A DNA stretch of 64,000 nucleotides from Ophelia neglecta (taxonomy: Eukaryota). The first letter of the stretch is position 1, and each line of letters opens with the position of its first letter. A program made the translations under genes and the position numbers. The stretch spans positions 22,878,001-22,942,000 of the forward strand of contig OZ260665.1 of assembly GCA_965285935.1 (NCBI GenBank), given 5' to 3'. Positions 36,813 to 49,935 of the stretch are shown here, in pieces. The notes beneath the pieces were generated by a model. That model had not been told where the DNA came from. It did not search any database and worked only from the letters and a program-made list of their open reading frames with translations.

Positions 36813-37881
36813 TGCGTGACGTCAATCACAAACATTCAAACTACAGGCTGAACTGTGATGATGCTTCTGCTGCGTGAATCGATATTCAAGAAGGATGTTT
36901 GATGAAGCGCCTTGGCTTTAGTAATAGTACTTGACATGGATGTAAAAGTTCGCGCCATTAGTTTGATGAACTGGTATAATGACTGCAGACAAATGAATAA
37001 CTGACTGATTCATATTTGCTAATGGTATGTTTATGTCGGCTGTCAATTGGGTCAAACAATTTGAGTTTGGGTAAACATTTGACATATTCGGCAAGACAAG
37101 AATGGCGCAGTTACTTATCGCAGGATAGAAAGACTTTGAAAGTGACTGGATTAAGAATATATTTAGCATGTAACTGGCTTAAAAGAAATGTGAAAGGACT
37201 CTTTCATCTAGATAAGCCTAAACATAAGTGTCATGCATAAATTGTGCAAAATCATTGTCCTGTTTACCTAATATTATTTCCCAGTATGAGGTCTATATAT
37301 CAGTGAACTATTAAACCACCATCAATAATGTCAATTGTCACTTTTAAAACATGTGCTTTTTATTTTCTATTTTATAAACCGTTTTAGGTTTAACGTATTC
37401 AAGTTTAGTTTTAATATCCGTCATTTGTGCTTGCTAACTGCTAGAGGTTAACCAAATACATAAAGAGACGTCAAATTATGTCCGCTATTTTCGTCAGAAT
37501 GTTGTATTTTAGAGCAAAATATAAAGGCTAATACGACACAAAGAGAAGTTGCTAAGTATAGGTAATATACATTTTATTGGCTTAATAAAAATAAATTGAC
37601 GGTGTAAATAATTTGCATGCGTTGAGCTGGTAGTTTGCGTTTCGGATGAGATGTACATAAGGACGTTTGGAGCGCGATTGTATTGCCTTTTGCATATTAA
37701 AGTGCGTATTTAAGTTGCTTTAAATTATCATATGTTTGCATGTACGGTTAAAATGTGAATTGGTTCGCATCCGACTACATATAAAACGAGTCTGCAAAGA
37801 GCCAAGGAGAACATATAGTTTCGAGGATATCATGTAAACTTTGTTATTGTTTATGTCATCATCATATAAACATATATACTG

Positions 37882-37917
37882 AATAAATAATTAATTAAAA
37901 TTCTTCGTGTTTTCCTT
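37882..37917 (+). terminator. Probable polyadenylation signal of the SYT15-like gene (~1.1-kb 3' UTR)
   Basis: AATAAA at 37882..37887 and ATTAAA at 37894..37899, followed by a U/GU-rich tract. An upstream tandem AATAAA pair at 37584..37595 is an alternative site. Confidence 0.5.
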
Positions 37918-40900
37918 ATCAGTAAATCTTAGTAAATTTGGTCATCTGTTTATTGTTTATATCCTAATTTCGTTCAATTGAAGGTCATTCGGACACTTTA
38001 TTACCCTTAAGAAGGCAGTGGGCTATTTATCAACGCTTGGGAAGAGGGGCATTATATGTATGGGTGTGGGTCAGAATGTATATGATTATTTAAAGTCCTT
38101 CGTGTTTTCCCTATCTTTACATCAATAACAGCAGAATGCGAAGCAAGGAGCAACAAGTAATCAATTCGGAAATATAATTCATAATGATTAGGGAACGTGT
38201 AAGCAATTAAAGCGATGGTGCTAATGATTACCAAAACATTATAAACCCTCGATGATTTGGGTTATTGCAAGTGTAGCCTTTCTGAAAAAGACGTTCCAAT
38301 GGTGTATGAGCATACGTCATTACAACTATTCAATGCTCACAGAGCACATGGAAGGTATCAAGAATATATCACAAATTGTAAGAAAGGTAACCAGTGTTCT
38401 TGGTAAATATGACGGGCATGGTCAATGTAACATAACTACATGGCATCTATTTAATGAAAACAAAATTACCTGGATTTTACGACAGAAAAATAAAAACGTA
38501 AACATATAATCACCTTAGAGGGCTTATTGATGTTTTTAAAATCCTATAGTTTGAAGGAAATTGGTAATTACTGATCTTCCCTTTCAATTTGCCAATGTTT
38601 ACTTTGAAATCTATCCACTTCTCTGTCTCATGCTCCACTATCTGTCCTTAAAAGACGGATGCCCTTCTTTTAAAAACCATGACTCGTAGATCATATACTG
38701 ATTCCTCCATGGCGCATTTTTATGGTCGCCTCTCATATGTGTTTCTGAAATATTTTGTTGCGTCATGTTTTCTCCTAATCTTATTTTTAGTGAGTTACTC
38801 TCTCTGTCTCTCAGATTTACACTTTCCTCCATTTCATATACCATGGTGAACTAGCATGCCTACTCGCCATTCGCAATGTAGTGGATAAGAAACTATGACA
38901 CACCCCCCCCCCCCTCATCACCACCTCTTAAATTTCACATGGCAAACTTAATTCTACGCGGTGCCGTACATACTGCAAAGTACTATTGGTTAAAACCAAT
39001 TCGTCCATATTATTTGACGAACGCATTAAAATACGATCTTTATAGAGCAATTGCTGACCGACTTGGACAAGTTATTCATTGTATATATCGTTTATGTAGA
39101 GGGCGATAAGTATCTTGTGTATCGTGAAATCATTAAGGTAACACTAGCCTAAGGATGGCAAAATACTGGCCTGATTATGGAGTTGGATTCTTTAGGCAGG
39201 TTATTGATCGATGGGTCTGTATAGTATAATGGTCGTATTAGTGGTTCGAATTGGCTCGTGGGCCTAATAAAGAGGTGGTCCAAAAGGCTGGTTTCACCGA
39301 ACCAATGTTAATTAAAGTTTTCATCAAAACAATGCTCTAATTTCTTCCTCATAACTGGCTACACCGTTCCAATGCCAATTCATTATCCAACAATGTGTGC
39401 AGCAGGCGTACACAAAGCACACAATCCAATGCAAGCTTATTGTTGCTCATTCTCATTCACAAGAAAATCTATCTCCGTGGAGGGCTGCTCTAGTCCATAA
39501 CCCCTGCATTTTGTGGATAAGATACCGAGTCAATAGGATTAAGTCACATGACTCATGCAACCAATCAAAATGCGCGTTACTACATCTCGGCCATATCTCT
39601 GACCACATCTCTGCACATTTTTCCTGTTTTGATATACAATGTTTCTAGATAGAATTATATATCTCAGTAAACATTATTAGGGGAATGTCAAAGGCCATTG
39701 ATTTATTTTGTATGTGATATTGTCATTTTAAGCTGTACTTGCAGGTTCGAAAATCGCCTCACGCCAGGTTCACGAACATATCAAGGAAATCAAGTTTCAT
39801 CCACGCTTTGAATAAGTGTAAAAGGGCGTTCGCAAGACACCTGTTGGTCTTGGCCTTTTTGGTATTTTTTTATTTAGAAAATGGGAATATTATATCGCTG
39901 TCCTCGGTTGAATTCTGCATTGTTCGTGCTGTGCTTTGGCTCTCACCTTTGAACACACCGTTGAAGGATTCCCAATATGTTTTCATTTCCCTTTACGCCT
40001 TGCAATTTCATGAACGCTAGGGAGCTGGGGATTGATCGACCTTATGACCTATTCTTGATTTTTGAATTCCATTTTTTTTTCTGCCTGGTGTCTAGTCCCT
40101 TCTTTTACTGATTGGCGAGCTTTGTTGGTAAGAAGATAAACGAAGCACTGGACATTTCCGGACATTTTCGAGAAAAGATTTGGCCCATTCCGTTTCGCTC
40201 GTATTGACAATTTTCCTAAATACGTCATGGCTTAAAAGCCGCTTGGCCTGGGGTTTAAAGTCATGGTATCTTCCGGACCACAAAAAGTGGTGGTGGTGGT
40301 AGTGAGTGGTTCCATGAACGGTATGATAATTATTTGCCTCGTTAAGTTGATAAAGATTTGTCAACATTAACTGATTTTGTGTAATAGTTGTAATGGAAAA
40401 CAAAGAATTTTTTTTTAGCTGTTCCTTACCGATCAACAACTGAAGTAACATAATAATTCAATCTTCCTTTCACATGTATAGCTATCGCGTGTCTTAAGGA
40501 TGTAACACGAATAACATGTTTTGCCCAATAGGTCATTTTCAAACCCAACACGACATTGAAGACACTATACTCTCTTCTAGTCCGATCAACATGTTGTGAA
40601 CCAGGTTGCCACCTGTCACCTTGCGGAAACGGTTTAATGGGTTAAAGGCAATAGCCCCAGCATGAGGTTCTCATGGTCATGTTTCCATAGTTCCATTGTA
40701 TAAGCTATTAAAACCTGGGAAGGAAGTGGGAATATAAACTGAAAAACTATGGTTGCATGTCGCATTGGGGGGTTTCGAACATGTGTCTTCACATGAGTTG
40801 GAATGCTCATTCTTGGTATAGTATGTTTTTCATCTGACAACTCACAAAGGTCCCTATCTTTGTCGCTGGTATTTATTACAACAAAAAGCGTCCATGTGAT

Positions 40901-41149
40901 CATCAGCGATTATGGCTCTTAGTCCGTTGAAAATGAATATAAGGACATATTGATGCCCTGTTCAGGATGTACTTCCCAATTGGAGATGACCCAAATGCTT
41001 CCTCGAGCGATGACAGGCATACGGTATTCAAAGGACAATACCCTAGCCAATGCCACCGGCTGGTGAAATATATTGATTGATTGAATTCTTATGTGTCATA
41101 AGTTAATAGTATAGAGCATATGATACTAAGTAGCCTTTTGTTCAAAGCT

Positions 41150-41313
41150 GCGGCGAAAGCAGCAGGGCCTCTTTAAATGAGCTAGTATGATCACAATAAT
41201 AACCCCGCCCTTACAACCTTGTATGAAGAACAAAACCGAGATGTTTGGGTAAGGGTTGGGTTTTAAATGACGGATATTAAAGATTATTGTGCTACCAATG
41301 CTGCTTTCGCCGC
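41150..41313. mobile_element. Palindromic MITE-like element with perfect 15-bp inverted repeats
   Basis: GCGGCGAAAGCAGCA (41150..41164) and TGCTGCTTTCGCCGC (41299..41313). Internal inverted pairs cacaataat/attattgtg and aaccccgcccttac/gtaagggttgggtt. Confidence 0.7.
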
Positions 41314-43226
41314 CCCTTTCGCATTTGCTGTTCACACAAGGCCTACTAAGTATGATCTAGTGCATAAAAGGCTTTAATTCGGCCGATGAATATAAAATCA
41401 ATATTTTTATCAAGTTCTACTGCAATTAGTTCTAATAATTCGAGGATTGCGTGTTCATTAGATTTAGTTTCCGATAATGTGAGAGTTGAAGTATATTATG
41501 TTTCCTGGGGTAAAGCGAACTACATGAACGAATTCATCGAATAACTGTAAGTTCATGTTTATAACTGCTAATATGAGAGGATCCAAAATGAACACTGTAT
41601 AGCCTATATCTACCGTTTGGCTCTTGGCTAGGACCAATTCCTCGTTGTTCATTAAATCTCATTTCGAGTACAATTTTTGCCAGCAGTGTGAGGTTTGGAT
41701 TTATGTCTGGGAACTTCGCATCTGCAATACCATAGACTTCACCAAATCGCCACATTTGGATATATCAAGGGTCAGAAACAAAACAGGAATAGAGATAACC
41801 CCTAGTCTAGCCCTACGTATTGTCTCTACCCCCGAACCCCCGTCTGTCCCAGTGGCCGTAAATTTCAACATATCTTTAACAGGAGAAAAATATCCCATTT
41901 CGTCAAAAACAGTTTGGCCCAAAATGGAGATAGGCCCCTGTTGCGTTGAGACCTCGGTAGGAATCTCCCTCGTTCCTACAAGATTGTTTGCTGCTTACGG
42001 TCCTTCTTGGGAACTTATCTTTTTATTCGTTCCTTAAAGTTGGTTTCCAATTGAAGGACAATGACCATGTATATACCGCATATCTGCGTCACATGATATA
42101 CTAAAAAGGGGATATTGAATTTCAATGTTTTATAGCCACACCATTTGATATTCACTATTTCATAGCCACAGACGTATCGTAATATACCAGCAGTTCATTA
42201 GATAATTCAATCATAGAAATTTAGTTTCACCCCTTAAGAGATTTAATACAAACAAGTAATATCCCATATTATAAGAAAACAGGTGATATAATCGCAATCA
42301 GTGACCTAATTGACAAAGAAAATTGGTCTAGCTAGGATAAAAAGGCCTAATCAACGTTGCCGATTGACCATTAATAATTTGGCTAATATGTACTTTCACA
42401 CAACCATGCAGCTTAAGTCTTGATAATATGCCTTGGTAAGCTGGTCATTTTGCATATCTCCATTTTAATGTTGTTTGTGCCATGTCTGTATAAGTGTGAC
42501 CAAATACTATATAGAGATCAGTCACGGAAACATCACACATGATTTGAATTGTTTGCAATGACATCCGGTGATAATGAAATTTAATTAACTGCTAATATGA
42601 AGCCGACCAAAAATGAACTACCTATTTATGTAAGCTTTTAAGGTATTGTAACATTATATATGTTATTGCGTTTGCTGTTTTTCACAGTGTCCGTTACCCC
42701 TTATAATACCAACGCCATTGCATCATATGAATATCAACATGTGCTTGTCGTGAACAATCGATAATTGTTTACACACTGTTACTTTCTTCAATATGTTACC
42801 CTGGACTATCGGTCGGGTGCAATTGACAGAGCATAATAAGTCATACCCGAACCCTTTAAATCATAAAATTTGGAGGGATTTGAAATGACCGACACCAGCA
42901 TCAACCAGAAACGTATTATAAATCGTTGAATATTGATTTACCGGACGATGTACTCTTTGGCCTAAGTCACAAATCTAATTAGCCGCAGATATGGAATATG
43001 TCATTTGTCTCTAGGCAATAGGCGAGGAGCGAAAACAATTGTAGTTATTTTTATGCTTCGGATAAGTTCGGGCGAAATGAATAGACTATACTTGATTAAT
43101 GAGTTTACTTGTTTGTTCAGTTCAAGCTACTTCTACCTTGACACAATAGTTTTCTCATGCCAAAACTGAATCCCTGCCTATATACATTTCTCTCGGGGCT
43201 GCGCCACATTATAAGGTAACATTATT

Positions 43227-43284
43227 AGGTCGACCATCATCTGGTTTCGATCTTATTACATCGAAAGGAAAGGATGGTTGACCT
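43227..43284. repeat. 58-nt imperfect hairpin, probably the centre of a decayed palindromic MITE
   Basis: AGGTCGACCATC pairs with GATGGTTGACCT. The inner TTTCGAT/ATCGAAA stem closes an 8-nt loop. Confidence 0.6.
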
Positions 43285-46200
43285 GGTCCTTTTCCAATAA
43301 GGTGGTCCCGCCTGACTTTCATAATCAACTTCTAATTATCAATACATCTCCGCTCAAAGGCTTACATAACAACATATTTGGTATATTTGATTTCAAGGAA
43401 TAAATTATTTGATTAATTAGTAATTATTACAATATCGTCGGGTGCCAAGGGTAATTGTCTTCAATCCATAGTATATCATGACAACTTATGATCATAAATG
43501 ACTATAAGGTCACCGCCTCTATAGTTGCATGCCAGGTACAGCGTGGTTTGAGTAGCTGTTGGTAATTTGATGATGTGGATTTCTTTGGAACTGGCTGGGT
43601 ATTACCAGTATATTTTATTAGCTAAATGTAGTATTAACTCCTTGACACAATTACTTTTTCCAAATCAAACCAAATTTGTTCTGCGATGGGAATAATAATT
43701 ATCCTTATTTATATCACCTTATCTAACATTTGTCTTATTATTCCAAGCCTTACGCTGCGTAATGATATGGTATCAAATAAAAGCTCTTGATCCATTTAGA
43801 CAATGTCCCAATCTTAGCTGGTATGTTTGTCTGAACTTCTAGAAATCGTGTGTATTCATTTATCCCATTCAGTACGAGAGACCTGATGCATTATTCGTGA
43901 TTGGAGATTTTGCTTTGTCTCCCAGTTATCCACCGCAGGTAACAAAATTTTAGAAAACAAATCTAACTTTGTTTTCCTAGTAATGCCTCACCTGCCGCAT
44001 TCGAAATCTCAGCATGTTTTCTTGTCTGTAGGATATGGGATGGGAGGCCATCATAACACCATAGAATGGACAAATATATTTGAATGCTGGCTGGAGAGTC
44101 GGGGATCGATACTTGTAGCAGAAGGCGACCCGGCATGTGTTATGTCTATTGTTTAACACGGTATAGTAATTATAGTACGGTGGAATATCACAGCGTAACG
44201 GGATTTTTCGAATTAACTAGATATAATTGTTTCTTACCATATTTAAACCAATTGTGAATGCCTCTGAATAGCCTTAATTTTATTACCTCCATGCCAATTA
44301 TCCGTAATTTAATACTTCCCCACTGACCTAGCTGCATGCATGATTCTATGCTAACCGATGGAAAGGTGTATTAAATGGCTGATGAGTTATTTCAGCCAAT
44401 CTTTAACATGTGGGCGTTTATAAGGCAACGCTTTCTTTGTTTATAAATGCAAAAATCATTGTCTATAAATCATACCATTCAAAGGCTTCTCTTTATATAT
44501 TGAAAATCATATGTTTAATTTGGTCTGCACTATAATTTCTTTATGTACGTGAACATCTTACAGTCTTCCATTATCAGCCCAACGTTTTCACAGGCAACAA
44601 CCACCGTGTACCATAGCTGCATATCAATGATATAGTGAATGGTATCTCACAAAATACAGCAGACTTTATGAAAAACAGTCATGATATTTCGTGAAAATAT
44701 TTTTTTATGTTAGACACATTCCTTGCAAGAGGGGGGGGGAGGGGGCAGGGGCCTGTAAAGGTTATTTGTGTTGGCAAGAAAAACATTGATTATTCAATTA
44801 TAACTTGCCGGTCACTGACGTGTATCTTCAGTGTGGGTTGATGAGTTTCCTGTTTTCGCTCGTTAGGGGATCACGACCACAATTAAGCGATACTGAGTGG
44901 ATGTATTCAATACTTTTATGTTTGGGTCGATCAAATGATTGTCAAATATAAACTGTCACTGATAATATATAACACTTATACCAATATACTGCAGTTATAA
45001 TTCATATCTTTTCTAAGGGTTATTTAAAGCCGAGTTTAATTTTCAAGTATAAACAATTTTATCAATTCACTGAATGTATTGTGAAAAGTCTTGTTATTAT
45101 GTAATTGGCAAAGTACCTCAAGTCAATGACTAAGAATGGATTCCAGACTGCGCAGGTATGTGCCTGGTCGAAATTTAATGCAGTGATAAACACGTATAAT
45201 ATTAATTAGTACAAATATACTGTTTTTCTGAGCTTGAATTTAGCGATAAATTATATATCAACTTATGATTAGTGAGGACGGTTTAATGATAATCCCCGAT
45301 TAGGGATGGTTGTTTTAAGGACGCGCTAAGATGAAAAGTGCTTATCAAATGTTTCCAATACGATCGCGAGATGACACTTGGTTCGTTCAAATACATTTGA
45401 GACACCTTGCTCGTGCACCAGTCCGTACTCTGACATTTGCGTCAGAGCAGAGCCTGGCTTTAGCATGCTATAAGTGTCTACCCCCGCATCCATTATCTAG
45501 TGTTTATGACTTTGTCCATCATTGAGGCCTTCGTTTCCGCAGCAATGGGTATGTCACCAGAAAAACAACATAGGAATACATGACAATTCTCATTAAAGGC
45601 TTGTGTGGCGCCGTCTCAAATAACTGTATTGGCGATCCCTATTAATTTGTCATTCTTTTCCATTGACACTTCTTTTCGGTGCACAATAGCCTCACGTATA
45701 ATGCGAACAGTGCGTACGCTATTGAAATCGCATTAACATGGATTCAACCCTTACAGTCCTACTTTCCTTGTGGTATACGCCATATAAATTAACTTAAATT
45801 TTAATCAAATCATCATCCTTTGCTGCACTGTAGCAGGTTGCCTTATTAACATAAGCGAAATAATTGTAAATCCATTACACATCTTTAATGTTGAACTGGG
45901 ATTTATATAAATTCCATAGAGTGACAGCCAATTGGTTCTTTAGGAGTGTTTCATGGCATAAGTTAATTTAACGCATAGCTTGATATTTTTAATGAATCAG
46001 TTTCATGTGGGGATATATGATTAAGTAGACATCCACATTATATTGTGCTCCTATTTTGCAGAGATGCCCAGCCAAAGAAAATCTGAGTCAATGCAATGCC
46101 CGGCCAATGTCCAGCTGTTTTTTACTGTTTTGGAATTAACCCGGCTTGCAGTAACAACCAAGTTAAATAACGAAAAAAAAATCCAAATTGGACAAAATTT

Positions 46201-47978
46201 AATACTATTATTATTGGTAGAATTGATTTAAACCAATCGGTTGCATGCTGGGCCAATGCTTGGCCTAATTTGATGGCACAGTAATGGAGCCAGGGGTCAT
46301 AATATACATTCGACCAATGCCGACACATCCTATGCATGTTTTTAAGCATTGACCTTCTTTAATATATGCCAAACTAAGCCAATGGGTGTTTCCCAACTAT
46401 GTTGACCCGATGTACAAAACAATGCCCACCACTTAAGCCTTATCAACGCATTGGCCCGATGTTAAATGCATTGTCCAAGAATCGGACGATCAATTCTTTC
46501 ATTTAAAGACGGAGGCAAAAAGATCCAATGTACCAAACAACTAATTTATTATTGTTATGTTAAGACTTGTCATCAGTGAGATGCCATGTTCTGGCTACCT
46601 GAAAGATGCCGTTGTTGACATGCATAAAAACCCCAACCCTTGCCAATAAGTTAAGTTAATAACGTGATTTTTTTTACTCTGTCTTTTAACTGACTAAGTA
46701 TTCAAATAAAAAAGGGAATGTGACCAAATGGATAAAAAAGGATTTTTTTTACATATTTGGTTATCTTGTTCAGATTAGGTTTCTGATTTATTTAAGTCGT
46801 TTGCTTACAATTCGATTTACATGTTGTGGTTTACAGTTTTATCAAACCAGGGCAGTTGCAGTCGATTTATTTTCTGTAATCAAAGTTTCTGTTATCCAAG
46901 TATACAATACCTTGTTCCCAATATTTGTTATAAGACAAAACATATTGTTAAAAGAACTTGAAGTTCAGGCTGACTGACAAGCGTATACAAAGGCGAACGG
47001 AACAGAACTAAATTAATGTAAATGGTGTTCGGGTAAACGTCAAGTATCCCTAAACAGACATTGATATACGAATGCAAATATTTGTGTTAAAATGTACAAA
47101 CTCAATGGTAAGTTGTTTGGGATGTCGCTACGTATAGTTACAAAAACATATATTTATTACCATCAATTACCAACATATTGTGAAAATTTTACTAAGCAAA
47201 TAACAAGGATATTTTCCTAGAAATTGAAAGGAGTGTCAACTGTAATCAGCACGCATTCAACCTCTCCGCGTATGTGTTCAACTGGTCAGGCTCACGGTAA
47301 TTACATTTTATGTAAGAACTATTGACCTGTCGGTAATTCAATTTTCATAACACAAATGACATTGTGTAATACTGGGGGGAATTGAAATCAATGAGTCATT
47401 AAATGACATCCGACGCACCATTAATATTGCAGACTTGCATCCAATCAATTCAACGCACTCTTTGGAAACTGGTTAAATGTGAATAAAGTTTTATACAAAA
47501 AAAACACAAGTATGTGATAGGAAACGACTTCTTTTTGCGCAATACTTGGAAAAGGGGTTACTCTCCCGCCGCCTGGTTTGGTAAGGCTTCAGGAAGTGCC
47601 TAGAATCTACTGCTCGGCTGTGAGATAATAGCTTGTTAAGTCTAAATCTAAATATAAAATCAACACGGTAGAAAACAGTTCATACATTGATTTATCCATA
47701 TTGTAATACAATCTGCCAACTGGATTTATATTTTTATTTCAGAAACGTGGAGCTTTTTGCTTTCCAATCTTCACTTCCGTTGGCTTCCATATCACAAAGA
47801 TAGAATAAATATTCTTCGGTCTTAATGTCGACAATGTCTGTATAGAATATAAAAATATAACAGTAAACAAAACAGACTGTTCAATGCCTCGAATTGTGTT
47901 CAAAACTAAACCGTAACCGAGCATTTGATTTTCTCATCCTAGGTCTAGAATCACATGGGGTAAAGACTACTTGCAGCT

Positions 47979-48075
47979 TTATTTAGTTCTATTGAATCAT
48001 TTATTTTAATATATTTACCGTGGGTAGCCCTGCCGGGATACCCTATTCTTTACAGGGACCCAACATATATACTTC
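47979..48075 (-). mobile_element. L2/Daphne-like LINE (or partner SINE) 3' tail
   Basis: The reverse complement reads gggtccctgtaaagaatagggtatcccggcagggctacccacggtaaatatattaaaataaat..., a GC-rich terminal stem-loop followed by an AATAAA-rich tail as in L2-group 3' ends. A possible APE scrap (PQG..FIR...RRGGAVVYI) lies at ~48430..48500 on the same strand. Confidence 0.45.
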
Positions 48076-49611
48076 ATGTTCACCGCATACTGCAATGATA
48101 CTACAAGTAATAAGGTTGTCGTGAGAAACAGTGAGAAATCAAGTTATTAATAATTAAATTCACTAGTTATGTCAGCACGTAACTCCCATTAAAGACGAGC
48201 ATGGGTCGCCCATTCCTGTACCCTCCTGGGCAAACCAGTCATATTAAATTATGAATTGAATTATTATTGGCCATAAACAAATGGTCGTTTAATAAGGTCC
48301 CAATTAGGGAAATAATGAACAAGGTTATTAATTACACCATTTCTTGTATAAGGTGTGTATTAAACAATAAGTCTGTAACAAACGATTGGTTTGTATCATC
48401 TAATTTTAATCAAACAACATTGATTTCTAGCGATGTAGACAACTGCCCCGCCTCTCCTAATGATGTAGCGAAATATCTGATAAATTTCTGACCTTGAGGC
48501 GCATCATGCATATTATGATTAAATCGCAGAAGCCCACTCGAGAATCACACAAGTATTATACATTAAGGGGTATATTGGCTTAGGTCCGCGATTGTTATTG
48601 ATGTGTCTGTATTGTTTATCCTTCTTATAAGCCACCGGTGGATACTTATTAGCATTTCTATCCAAAATAATATAAAGTGCTCTCTTATGATTAATGCCAA
48701 AAGACATGTCAACTGGCTGAAATTTTAAGTTATTTTTCTAATAATCAGTACGGACCGACATATTAATGGGTATATTATTTAACTACACAATGTACAAAAC
48801 GTTTTATTTGTTTACAAAAAATTACATTTAATAATAAATAACTGGATAACCAAGGATATGGTCCCTCTTTTCGTATTAACCACACGCAAATCAACCGTTT
48901 TGGCAGCTAAAATGTCTCAGAGCATTCACGATTAAATGACTGCATTTTTCCTGAATAAATCATTATTCTACATTATCTTAAGATATACATTTTTTCTGCC
49001 CCTGGTGCCAGCATGCTTCCCCCGTGGAACTCTGTTTTTGCCGCTGTGAGCACTGGCGTGCACTGGGCGGCGTGGGGACTGATAAGGTAGAATTATTTTA
49101 TAAGTCTGTCACAGCGCAGAGATTGAAGCCAAGCGATGAGGCCGATCAACATTCCTGTTAGAATTTGAAAACAAAAAGATACAGAAGGCAACATCGTTTA
49201 TCAAGAACATCAAAAATACGTAACAATAGCATGCAGGAATATGTGGCATCTGTATATAATATATCAACTATAATTTGTTTAAGGAGGGTCACAGGGGTAA
49301 TTTTTTTTTATTTGACATCTATATTTTATTTCATTTTGTTGAAGCTCTTGTTTGATTGATAGAAAATGTCATAAGAAAAACATGGGTAGCGGACCTCGTG
49401 TTTCTGCTGGTAAATTCCATGAAAATAAGGCTTTGGTGCAGGTTTTTTAATGGAAATATATGGTTTAATGTAATCGGAAATTGCTTTAAAAATATTTAAC
49501 AAGTCTGATTTTTTCTTATTACTTTGTGGTAGAGAATGTTTCAAATGATGTATAATTTTCATATGCTTACGGCACTCATTTTTTATGTTAAAATATTGAA
49601 ATCGTGATAGT

Positions 49612-49935
49612 CAGTGACCTTTGACCTGACATGATTAGGTCATGATAGTATTTGATGCACAATAGTTGGTTGCCTATATGGGGATACTTTTTGCAAAGCA
49701 ATGTGCATCATAACTCTAGAATTTTTTTTTTTTAATTTTGCTATTTGTATAGCTTCCATCGTAAGAGGCCTGTTCTTGGGTGAGGCACAATCAAATATTT
49801 GCAAATTCTTGCCAAATCCCATGATAGGTAATGGCGAATATATGTGTATTGGTTTCAACTTTCTGCATAATGTTTCAATTTTCCCCCCAATTTTCCACCT
49901 TTTTCCCAATGAAACCCCAGAGACCCTCCTTTAAG
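49612..49935. repeat. Fragment of a TGACCTTTGACCT-containing interspersed repeat (Helentron/HINE-like)
   Basis: The tgacctttgacct motif at 49615..49628 is common in marine invertebrate Helentron-associated repeats. The extent is approximate. Confidence 0.3.

Noticed and set aside
40570-41070. Minus-strand PIF/Harbinger transposase remnant (AIIAD, RNP, LGLL, VHNM)
   Set aside because: The resemblance is too weak to distinguish from chance.
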